NCBI GenBank assembly: GCA_023301245.1
Contig: JALZUV010000044.1
Span: 1-61,671, forward strand
Direction: 5' to 3'
Source of the DNA: Rickettsiales bacterium
GTDB lineage: Bacteria > Pseudomonadota > Alphaproteobacteria > Rickettsiales > JALZUV01
Length of the DNA: 61,671 nt
Shown: positions 44,126 through 51,328 of the stretch, piece by piece
Layout of the letters: each line of letters opens with the position of its first letter
Position numbering within the stretch: the first letter of the stretch is position 1
Program-made: the position numbers and the translations under genes
The notes under the pieces: generated by a model
Database searches by the model: none
What the model was told of the DNA's origin: nothing
Seen by the model: only the letters and a program-made list of their open reading frames with translations

Positions 44126-44423
44126 CAGTCTTAAAGAGGTTCCGCCAAAACTCGTAGACCCAACTGACAGGCCCGACGCCCTAACAGCAACAGCAGTTGA
44201 AACACTGGCGGGGGCGGACCTTTCTACCAAGGAAGGCCAAGAGGTAGCCACATTCACTGTACGCCTCTTAGCAAAGGAACATACTGATCTAGTCGTGCTA
44301 TACCGCGTCCTGCGTAAGCAATTAGACAACCTTGTAAAAGCTACAGAGAGACAGGAGCAATGGTATAAGGACCTCGTTGTAATTCTAGAAAAATACGAGA
44401 AAGAGGTAAACGCCATAAAGTAA
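43995..44423 (+). CDS. o-spanin (Rz1-like lipoprotein), overlapped architecture
   Basis: Signal peptide plus lipobox LVLVLTLSFLTG|C, then a Pro-rich segment. AGGAG SD. Starts inside the i-spanin gene and extends beyond it. Confidence 0.55.
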   Translation: MTLSTRHLVLVLTLSFLTGCSSLFPKHIPNPSLILPPDPPQIDSSLKEVPPKLVDPTDRPDALTATAVETLAGADLSTKEGQEVATFTVRLLAKEHTDLVVLYRVLRKQLDNLVKATERQEQWYKDLVVILEKYEKEVNAIK

Positions 44424-44451
44424 TTGCAATTCCCTATAGATAATATATAGT
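44424..44451 (+). promoter_or_regulatory. possible promoter TTGCAA-16-TATAGT
   Basis: AT-rich intergenic region upstream of 44513. Confidence 0.35.
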
Positions 44452-44512
44452 TACTCACATATTCGGGTGTACCCCGTTATGACCGCTGTATACTATCAAT
44501 AGGAGCCACAGC

Positions 44513-45262
44513 ATGAAACTATCTCTATCAAAAACCGCAAAAGGCATGGACTACGCCGTCTTACTCGCAACCGTCGCAGCTATGGCGCAGACATCCATGC
44601 GTACTGCATTGGGTGAAATCACTATTACCCCGCTCACTGACAGCTCAGGTGGTACGCCCGCCGCTACCGTCGTCGCAGTCCCGCGTTTCGAACCGTTCAC
44701 ACACGCTGCTGGCGCTTCGGACCTACCACCTACGGCTGACTTCAATACTGCCATCGGCAAGACCGACGACGCTATTGCAGTCCTCGCGACGTATCTTAAC
44801 GTCAATGTGTTCACGCCGTTGGGTATCGACGCACTGACAGTTAACGCTACGGGTACAGTAGACACCGCTGGGACCGTAGCTGCACAGGACCTGACACTTA
44901 CAGGAACAGATGCGGCAACCGCCCTCGCTGCAAGTCGTACGGAAGTAAATGCTGCACTAGCTGTAACCAGCAATAACATGGCAACGCTCATGCGTGGCAT
45001 CAACATTATCGCCAACGCTATCGGCGTCGCTACGTTGATGGATAACACGGGCGGCAAAGCTGACGAAGGTCTCATAATGGTAGACCAGCCAACTGTTGCT
45101 ACGTCGGTTACGAACACGGGTGATGCGCCAAGCAACATCAATGTAACGACAGCCTTGACTAATCTGGCCAACAACCTCGCAACAATCGCGACATGGCTAA
45201 ACGACACAGCGCTGGACAGCACAGTCCTAGGCGCACGTAACCTTATCCAAGTTACGCCATAA
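44513..45262 (+). CDS. Ala/Thr-rich hypothetical protein (stand-alone transcription unit)
   Basis: AGGAG SD, with a promoter-like region upstream and an intrinsic terminator downstream. Confidence 0.55.
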   Translation: MKLSLSKTAKGMDYAVLLATVAAMAQTSMRTALGEITITPLTDSSGGTPAATVVAVPRFEPFTHAAGASDLPPTADFNTAIGKTDDAIAVLATYLNVNVFTPLGIDALTVNATGTVDTAGTVAAQDLTLTGTDAATALAASRTEVNAALAVTSNNMATLMRGINIIANAIGVATLMDNTGGKADEGLIMVDQPTVATSVTNTGDAPSNINVTTALTNLANNLATIATWLNDTALDSTVLGARNLIQVTP

Positions 45263-45289
45263 CGCATCGACTTTCCCCGATGTTCAACT

Positions 45290-45322
45290 TACCCCGTCTG
45301 TAATAGGATGGGGTATTTTTTT
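45290..45322 (+). terminator. intrinsic terminator
   Basis: TACCCCGTC-N8-GATGGGGTA followed by TTTTTTT. Confidence 0.7.
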
Positions 45323-45327
45323 GCCTA

Positions 45328-45339
45328 GCAAACGTTTGC
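45328..45339. repeat. palindrome copy 21 (intergenic, overlaps -35 box)
   Basis: Exact match. Confidence 0.95.
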
Positions 45340-45364
45340 TTAGCCGTGGAATATGCGCTATATA
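45336..45364 (+). promoter_or_regulatory. sigma70-like promoter TTGCTT-17-TATATA(AT) upstream of the AAA+ gene
   Basis: The -35 box is formed by the 3' end of palindrome copy 21. Confidence 0.55.
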
Positions 45365-45399
45365 ATAGCTATCCACACCGCTAACAAACAGGAGCCATC

Positions 45400-47118
45400 A
45401 TGGCGCAACAAAATTCAGCCGCCGCTTTAATGCAAAAACTAAGTTTGCTAAACGCAACGTCTATCGCAGGTATCGTCGTACGTACCCGAGAGGCGGATAG
45501 AGCGAGAGAGATCGTCCAAGAATGGGCAAACGACACGCACCTACAGTACCACACATGGGATTGCGTTCGGGGCGTCTGTACGTACCCTGACTTGCCCGTA
45601 ACGGACGGTGAAGAGATCATCGACTTATCCGAAGATACGGATTACCTCACACCGAAAGGGTCCATCAAGAATACAGCCTCGTTCGACAAAGGCTTCGATT
45701 ACTTCTTCGATAAGACTGCCAGCGACGGACAAGCGCAACGGTCCAAGGTTATCGTATTCGAGTTCGGGCATATCCCCTTAAAGGCACCGCCTGCCCAACA
45801 ACGTTTACGGACGTTCGTAGAGGCCATGCGACACGACGCTCATAGAGCCGTCTTTATCCTGCCACCTCACGCCGATATCCCCGATGACATTTCCGACTAC
45901 GTTGAAATCATCGACCTTAAGACGCCGAACCACGACGAGCTGTTAGAGGCGTATACCGACATACTGGAAACCAACCTAACGGAAGGTAACATTATCCCTA
46001 AGTTCTCGCCCGAAGAGAACAAAGCCATCGTGTCTAACGGCGCGGGGATGACAGCCAACGAATTCGATATAGCTATCAGTACCGCGTGTTCCAACATTAT
46101 CGACATGGCGGATGCGGACGACAAGTTCAAAGCTAAGAATATCACTACCAAGATGTTTTACGACGAAATCATGGAGCGTAAGATTGCCGTCGTTAAGTCT
46201 ACGCATTTGCTAGAGCTTATGCCCGAGGGTAACATGGACGACATAGGGGGATTGGACGTGCTCAAAGAGTACCTAATCGACACCTCAGAGACGTTTATGA
46301 ACCCCGACGCGGCCAAGTTCGGTATAGACAAGCCTAAGGGCTTTCTATGCGTAGGACCTCCCGGAACTGGTAAGTCAGCCGTCGCTAAAGCAACCGCAGC
46401 AGCCGTCCAAGTACCGCTTATCAAATTCGATATAGGTAAGGCATTCGGTAAATACGTCGGGCAGTCAGAGGGCAATATGCGCGGCGCACTAGCTATGGTC
46501 GAAGACATGGCACCCTGCGTCCTCTTTATCGACGAGATTGATAAATCTATGGGAGCTAGTGGCGGTACGTCGGATGGCGGAACATCGGGCCGTGTATTCG
46601 GTAGCCTACTCACATGGATGCAAGAGAACGACGCGGATGTATTGATCGTTGCCACGGCTAACAACCCCCAGCTATTGCCGCCTGAGCTTGTGCGTAAAGG
46701 ACGCTTTGACGTAATCTGGGCGGTAGACCTGCCTAACTTCACAGAACGCCAAGCCATCCTTGCTATCCATTCCAAGAAGCGAGGGCATAAGCTTAAGCCA
46801 TCCTTCATAGACGCCATTGCGAAGACGACGCAAGGCTTCTCGGGGGCCGAGCTAGAAGATATCATCAAGTCCTCACTCAAGGTTGACTTTAAAGCGGGTA
46901 ACCCTACTATAACACTGGGTACATTAAAGCACACGGTGCATAGGTCCCAGCCGCTTTCGCTGACCTACCCAGATAGGGTTGCGGCACAATCAGAGTGGGC
47001 CAAAAGCCATGCGGTTTCTGCCAGTACGCCCGAGGGGGAAACTGTCGATAAGCCAAAAGTAAAAACGGCGGGACGGAAGCGTAGGTTGTCACCTAAGCGC
47101 AACACGTCAAGTAACTAG
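45400..47118 (+). CDS. classical AAA+ ATPase (Ycf46/CDC48-like AAA domain in C-terminal half)
   Basis: Walker A GPPGTGKS, Walker B VLFIDEIDK, second region of homology ATNNPQLLPPELVRKGRFD. Confidence 0.9.
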   Translation: MAQQNSAAALMQKLSLLNATSIAGIVVRTREADRAREIVQEWANDTHLQYHTWDCVRGVCTYPDLPVTDGEEIIDLSEDTDYLTPKGSIKNTASFDKGFDYFFDKTASDGQAQRSKVIVFEFGHIPLKAPPAQQRLRTFVEAMRHDAHRAVFILPPHADIPDDISDYVEIIDLKTPNHDELLEAYTDILETNLTEGNIIPKFSPEENKAIVSNGAGMTANEFDIAISTACSNIIDMADADDKFKAKNITTKMFYDEIMERKIAVVKSTHLLELMPEGNMDDIGGLDVLKEYLIDTSETFMNPDAAKFGIDKPKGFLCVGPPGTGKSAVAKATAAAVQVPLIKFDIGKAFGKYVGQSEGNMRGALAMVEDMAPCVLFIDEIDKSMGASGGTSDGGTSGRVFGSLLTWMQENDADVLIVATANNPQLLPPELVRKGRFDVIWAVDLPNFTERQAILAIHSKKRGHKLKPSFIDAIAKTTQGFSGAELEDIIKSSLKVDFKAGNPTITLGTLKHTVHRSQPLSLTYPDRVAAQSEWAKSHAVSASTPEGETVDKPKVKTAGRKRRLSPKRNTSSN

Positions 47119-47127
47119 GAGCTAGAC

Positions 47128-47766
47128 ATGCACATAAACTTACTATTCGGTAGGGCCACACTTAAAGAGGGCAGCATGTCACTGTTTGCCTTCTACAGGG
47201 AAAGCCTAGGGGCCAAGGTCGAGATGCCTATTAAGAACGCTGCTATGCAGGGTGATATGGGTATTGGGGAGGCATTTGGCTTTAAGAACACCGCCGCGTC
47301 CCGCGTAGGCTCGGACAAACTGGGCTTCTGGGCTACTTGCACCTACGACGTTAAGGAGAATTGCCTCATACGCTTAAACTGCCAGAGGCACATAAAACCC
47401 CTTGCACAAACAAGTGGACTAAGTTTGCCTAAGCGACACCAAATCTTCCTAAGGCCTAGACGCCTTGCCGCGCTCGTAGAGCTGAAATTCGAACTTGTCC
47501 CGTCAGATGCAGCCAATATACAATACGGTCAAATAACAGGTAACTTCGATATCCTCCGACCAGAGGACTTCGACGAGCTTGGTATTAAGGACTTGTCCCG
47601 CCATAATAGGCAGATTGACGACTTCGACTTAGACGAGCTGAAAGAGTTCGTTACGATTACCGTAAAGGAGAAAGCCGCTGCGCCGCCGCAGAAGCTTAAG
47701 GTCTCTAAAACTTTCGGCGGCAAAACCATTGTAAAGCGCCGTGGGCGCAGAACAATTCGCAAATAG
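47128..47766 (+). CDS. hypothetical protein
   Basis: 212 aa with a TAGGAG SD. Basic C-terminus KRRGRRTIRK. Confidence 0.5.
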   Translation: MHINLLFGRATLKEGSMSLFAFYRESLGAKVEMPIKNAAMQGDMGIGEAFGFKNTAASRVGSDKLGFWATCTYDVKENCLIRLNCQRHIKPLAQTSGLSLPKRHQIFLRPRRLAALVELKFELVPSDAANIQYGQITGNFDILRPEDFDELGIKDLSRHNRQIDDFDLDELKEFVTITVKEKAAAPPQKLKVSKTFGGKTIVKRRGRRTIRK

Positions 47767-47782
47767 CTTTAGGAGCAATAGC

Positions 47783-48253
47783 ATGTCACACAACGTAACA
47801 GTCAAGGGCGCGGTATTCGACAATATCGAACTCATGGAAGACGCCGTAGCGTCATTGGCATCGGAGGGGGTTAACGTATCCTTCGTTACTGAGAACGCTA
47901 CAATTCGCGGATGGAGGGGTCAAAAGTCCACCGTTGACGCGGCAATTCTGCTAGCGGACAGCAAGTATGATATCGGGTTCAAACAAAACTCGGAAGGCCT
48001 ATATGAAGCGTTCGGAGAGGATTACCTCACGAAGGGTCACGGCGCTCACCTATCCCCTATCGGCCAGCATACCCCGTATGTTAACCAAGAGGGGGAGGAA
48101 GTCGTACCCGACACCGCAACCCGACTGCTAGGCAAGTTCGCGATGCACTACAACGTTTGCAAGGCCGAGCGCCAAATGGAAGCCGAAGGGCTATCCTGCC
48201 AGCGTGAGACGCAGGACGACGGCACAATCCAACTGATTGCCACTCAGTATTAA
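47783..48253 (+). CDS. DUF1257 (Ycf35-like) protein
   Basis: MSHNVTVKGAVFDNIELMEDAV...IRGWRGQKSTVDAAILLADSKYDIGF follows the DUF1257 pattern (MSH start, RGY.GQ, YDIGF). AGGAG SD at ATG 47783. Confidence 0.6.
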   Translation: MSHNVTVKGAVFDNIELMEDAVASLASEGVNVSFVTENATIRGWRGQKSTVDAAILLADSKYDIGFKQNSEGLYEAFGEDYLTKGHGAHLSPIGQHTPYVNQEGEEVVPDTATRLLGKFAMHYNVCKAERQMEAEGLSCQRETQDDGTIQLIATQY

Positions 48254-48259
48254 ACCCTC

Positions 48260-48271
48260 GCAAACGTTTGC
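48260..48271. repeat. palindrome copy 22 (intergenic)
   Basis: Exact match. Confidence 0.95.
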
Positions 48272-48293
48272 GAACACAGTATAGGAGGCCATC

Positions 48294-48494
48294 ATGGCTA
48301 AACAGATTATTATGAGCTTCGACGTAGGCGGTGCAATGCACGTTGACGTGGACGGCGTAAAAGGCGAAGAGTGTAAAACACTCACACAGGGAATTCTTGC
48401 GGAGTTCTCTACGTCGGAGACAACGGACAGCAACGATAAGCCCGACCTGCATGAGGCAGAGGCCGAAATGGAAACAGCCGACAGAGGCTGGTAA
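48294..48494 (+). CDS. DUF2997-like small protein
   Basis: IIMSFDVGGAMHVDVDGVKGEECKTLTQGILAEF resembles the DUF2997 G..G..C..lT core. Directly follows the DUF1257 gene. Confidence 0.5.
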   Translation: MAKQIIMSFDVGGAMHVDVDGVKGEECKTLTQGILAEFSTSETTDSNDKPDLHEAEAEMETADRGW

Positions 48495-48500
48495 GTGGGG

Positions 48501-48526
48501 GAACCTTAGCGAACCTTAGCGAACCC
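48501..48526 (+). repeat. direct repeat GAACCTTAGC x2 + GAACCC
   Basis: Lies in the 157-nt intergenic region, enclosed by GTGGG...CCCAC. Confidence 0.8.
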
Positions 48527-48651
48527 ACAAAGGGGCCAGTGTAGCGGTGTGGATAACCTGTTGCGCTGGCCCCTAACGCATAAAGGGCATAGACATGGAC
48601 CAACCTTACGACTTCCCCTACTATGCACTACACCACGGAGAGTAACCAAGC

Positions 48652-48843
48652 ATGGAAAAAATTAAATTAGATAAACTGATACTTTTACTTCAAAAGGAAC
48701 GAGACGAGCGTGGTAATCTTTGCGTAGCTACAGAAGACGGCTTTTTACTAGGTGTTAAAACTAGCTACGTAGACGACGACGGATGCGAAGTTCATGTAAA
48801 TCAGGCCACAACGCTATTTTTAGACATACGCTGCGATGTCTAA
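48652..48843 (+). CDS. small hypothetical protein
   Basis: 63 aa with a GGAGAG SD. Confidence 0.45.
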   Translation: MEKIKLDKLILLLQKERDERGNLCVATEDGFLLGVKTSYVDDDGCEVHVNQATTLFLDIRCDV

Positions 48844-49339
48844 AAAGATAAAGAAAACTTTCCCCCCGTACTGGACGTACCCCGAACGGTACTACCTGTT
48901 TACAGACGGAAGTTGCTGGCCTAACCCAGATGGGCCGGGAGGCTGGGCGTGGGTTCTCGTCTATAACTGCGAAGTGCTAGAAAGCGGAAGCGGACCCCTT
49001 CTAGAAACAACGACATCACGAGCCGAATTAAAGGCCGTACAATGGGCAATGCGTCGCACCCTTACCCTACCTAACGCTACTATCGTTACAGACAGCGCGT
49101 ACTGCTACAATGGCTATAATAAGCACTTCAAAGCGGCGTCTAAGCGGGGTTTTCGCAAAGCCGACGGCGCACCCCTCGCTAACCTAGATATCATCAAACC
49201 AACCATGGCAATGTTCCGTCCCAATATCGTAACGGTGGATAAGATCAAGGGCCATAACAAAAACGAATTCAATGAACTTGCCGATAAGCTTTGCGGCGAA
49301 GAGAGGAAACGCATAGCCGCACTGTATGGTTTATATTAG
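48836..49339 (+). CDS. rnhA: ribonuclease HI
   Basis: LFTDGSCWPNPDGPGGWAWVL...TTSRAELKAVQWAM...IVTDSAY...GHNKNEFNELADKL contains the RNase H D-E-D-D blocks. Confidence 0.85.
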   Translation: MSKKIKKTFPPYWTYPERYYLFTDGSCWPNPDGPGGWAWVLVYNCEVLESGSGPLLETTTSRAELKAVQWAMRRTLTLPNATIVTDSAYCYNGYNKHFKAASKRGFRKADGAPLANLDIIKPTMAMFRPNIVTVDKIKGHNKNEFNELADKLCGEERKRIAALYGLY

Positions 49340-49353
49340 CCAGCTATTTTCGG

Positions 49354-49382
49354 TTGACCAATAGTGACTAATTGCGTATATA
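49354..49382 (+). promoter_or_regulatory. near-consensus promoter TTGACC-17-TATATA
   Basis: -35 at 49354-49359 and -10 at 49377-49382, in the 233-nt gap after rnhA. Confidence 0.55.
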
Positions 49383-49389
49383 ACTTAAG

Positions 49390-49489
49390 CGGAATGCTTA
49401 CTGTGTATCCTGCCCACCATGACCTTCCTATGCGTCAGTGGCTTGAAGCCCTCGTCTACCTCGCTCGGTGGGCGGGGGCTTCTTTATGT
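49390..49489 (+). ncRNA. candidate ~100-nt small RNA or regulatory leader (promoter to hairpin)
   Basis: Bounded by the 49354 promoter and the 49444 hairpin. No convincing ORF, since the only ORF here starts with GTG inside the promoter. Confidence 0.3.
49444..49489 (+). terminator. 16-bp hairpin + UUUAU (terminator or attenuator in leader)
   Basis: GAAGCCCTCGTCTACC-TCGCTC-GGTGGGCGGGGGCTTC (3 G-U pairs) followed by TTTAT. Confidence 0.45.
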
Positions 49490-49572
49490 GCGCTCATAAC
49501 CCCCTTGCCTTATCCTGCAAATTACCCCTATTATGCAACGGAGCGAATACACACCGCATAGGAGCAAACACA

Positions 49573-49998
49573 ATGGACCGCATGGTAATATCGGTAGGGA
49601 TAAACGGGGATGCCCAACACCTACTCAAAGATAGTTTCTTAAACCCGTTCCCCTCGTCTACACGGGAGATAGATCGGATATCAAACATAGTATTTAATGC
49701 GCCGTCGCAAACGTTTGGTATACAACTGCTAGGCAATCTAGCTAAATGGAACGACACCGACTTGGGGTACGAGCCTACACTCACACAAGATAATATGAAG
49801 GCTTGCCTCTGCGACATGCACGAAAGCGGTATAGGCAGTTATCTATCTTGCATGAAAAAATTCTATGAGCTGGAAGGTGAGCATAACGAAGAGGCTATTT
49901 GGTACATGAGATTTTCTTCTTATGAAAACGCCGTAGCTATAGAGGTTGAATTTATAAACAACCTTAGACTTTGCGGCTACAAGTTTAGGGCGATATAA
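49573..49998 (+). CDS. hypothetical protein
   Basis: ATG 49573 has an AGGAG SD. The upstream part of track ORF 49468.. lies in a promoter/hairpin leader. Confidence 0.5.
   Translation: MDRMVISVGINGDAQHLLKDSFLNPFPSSTREIDRISNIVFNAPSQTFGIQLLGNLAKWNDTDLGYEPTLTQDNMKACLCDMHESGIGSYLSCMKKFYELEGEHNEEAIWYMRFSSYENAVAIEVEFINNLRLCGYKFRAI
49707..49718. repeat. degenerate palindrome variant GCAAACGTTTGG (in CDS; SQTFG)
   Basis: 11/12 match. Confidence 0.6.
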
Positions 49999-50000
49999 AC

Positions 50001-50156
50001 ATGAGAGTAGAGATACACGGCTTTAAGTGGTTACCCCCCATTAAAACGTCATATGAAGCAACGGACTGCGATGTTACCAAAGAGCGTTTAGCGGAATGGC
50101 TATGCTTTAGGCTTATATGGGTTGTTTACATTCGCCCAAGAGCAATAGACGAATAA
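50001..50156 (+). CDS. small hypothetical protein (51 aa, not in ORF track)
   Basis: Fills the gap exactly: ATG is 3 nt after the previous stop, and its TAA ends 1 nt before the next ATG. Confidence 0.4.
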   Translation: MRVEIHGFKWLPPIKTSYEATDCDVTKERLAEWLCFRLIWVVYIRPRAIDE

Positions 50157-50157
50157 G

Positions 50158-50532
50158 ATGCACGAACCTAAGAAAGACGGACCATCCGTCGCGTTTCGTC
50201 ATATCATGCGAGAGTACGCCCAATATCTTACAGGTAATGAACTTGCCGTTTTACTATTCGTGGTAGATCGCACATTCTCCTATGGTAAACACGCAGAGGT
50301 AATACCCCAAAGACACTTCTTAGAGGGCGTGTGGTCGGGCGATACCTGCCTACATGGGCCACTCAAAATGGGCGTCCGCACGTTAGAGAACAGCATTAAA
50401 TCACTAAGGGAGCGGGGGTATTTAGTCACACAACGTAAGGGTAACCAGCCTACCGCATACATGGTAGAGCTGGGATTGCGACCTAGTAACGTCGTACGAC
50501 TGCCACCCAGACGGAATAGGAGGCGTATATGA
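50158..50532 (+). CDS. replication initiator, phage O-like N-terminal winged-helix type
   Basis: LTGNELAVLLFVVDRTFSYGKHAEVIPQRHF...RTLENSIKSLRERGYL resembles the phage replication protein O N-terminal domain. Iterons start at its stop codon. Confidence 0.5.
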   Translation: MHEPKKDGPSVAFRHIMREYAQYLTGNELAVLLFVVDRTFSYGKHAEVIPQRHFLEGVWSGDTCLHGPLKMGVRTLENSIKSLRERGYLVTQRKGNQPTAYMVELGLRPSNVVRLPPRRNRRRI

Positions 50533-50533
50533 C

Positions 50534-50593
50534 CCCGCAAATTCTGCGGGTACGAACCCGCAAATTCTGCGCCTTGAACCCGCAAATTCTGCG
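50534..50593 (+). repeat. three iterons CCCGCAAATTCTGCG (period 22-23 bp): putative replication origin
   Basis: Exact 15-mers at 50534, 50557 and 50579. Copies 2 and 3 share 20 nt, GAACCCGCAAATTCTGCGCC. Confidence 0.85.
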
Positions 50594-50603
50594 CCCCCTA
50601 ACG

Positions 50604-50624
50604 TAACTAGAGAATAACTAGAGA
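50604..50624 (+). repeat. direct repeat TAACTAGAGA x2 (period 11) next to the iterons
   Basis: Read directly from the sequence. Followed by the A/T-rich TTAAAA. Confidence 0.7.
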
Positions 50625-50658
50625 TTAAAACGCCATTCGGCGGTATACAGGACATTAT

Positions 50659-51282
50659 ATGACTGACCCTATGACATCAGCACAAGCCAAGTTAGACCTT
50701 GCTACTGAGAACTTTAAGAAGTCTCGTACTAAGAAAAAGAAAAAGGTAAACGCGTCAGCACTCGAAGCCATCTATCGTGATGCCATGTCTATTGCCTACA
50801 CTGAGCAGCCCGCGCCAGCGTGGCGAGTTAAGGACCTTGCCTCTGTTAAGCGCGCATTTGACCGCGTAACGACCAATTCAGAATGGCTTCCCTTCATGGA
50901 ATTTATAGTATATGAATGGGACAGGATAATTAAATCCTATCTCGGATGGATTAAGGACAAACCAAAATCCCCACGGCTGGCCCTTATCATTTCCCAGATA
51001 GATAGATTTTATGAAGCCTACATTGACGACATAAATCCTAACAGAGAATTCAAGGCCGCACTGCGGAAGGGCGGGGACACGAAGCGAGACGAAAGAGAAG
51101 CGGCGCTTGTGGCTGAGACCCAAGCATTAAAAAGCGAGATAACCAAAACTCGTAAGAAATTAGTAACGGCGGAGCGAGGCCTACAGAATGAAAAGCGTAA
51201 AACGAGAAAACTCAAACTCAAAAAGCAGAAAAACAAAACCCGTAAAGCGGAAGACTACGACCTTAAAGGCTGGGACGATTAA
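50659..51282 (+). CDS. hypothetical protein with Lys-rich segments
   Basis: 207 aa. KKSRTKKKKK near the N-terminus and KRKTRKLKLKKQKNKTRK near the C-terminus. Confidence 0.5.
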   Translation: MTDPMTSAQAKLDLATENFKKSRTKKKKKVNASALEAIYRDAMSIAYTEQPAPAWRVKDLASVKRAFDRVTTNSEWLPFMEFIVYEWDRIIKSYLGWIKDKPKSPRLALIISQIDRFYEAYIDDINPNREFKAALRKGGDTKRDEREAALVAETQALKSEITKTRKKLVTAERGLQNEKRKTRKLKLKKQKNKTRKAEDYDLKGWDD

Positions 51283-51328
51283 GCCTAGACCAAAGCCCAA
51301 GCCCAAGCTTACCGAGGAAGAGGCCCGC

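Noticed and set aside
48495-48651. Possible tRNA in the structured intergenic regions at 48.5 kb and 49.4 kb.
   Set aside because: I could not fold a cloverleaf. There is no GTTCRANYC T-loop and no acceptor/anticodon arrangement. Only single long hairpins are present.
49364-49561. Track ORF 49364..49561 (65 aa) as a gene.
   Set aside because: Its GTG start lies between the -35 and -10 boxes of the best promoter in the window. It has no SD and spans the terminator-like hairpin.
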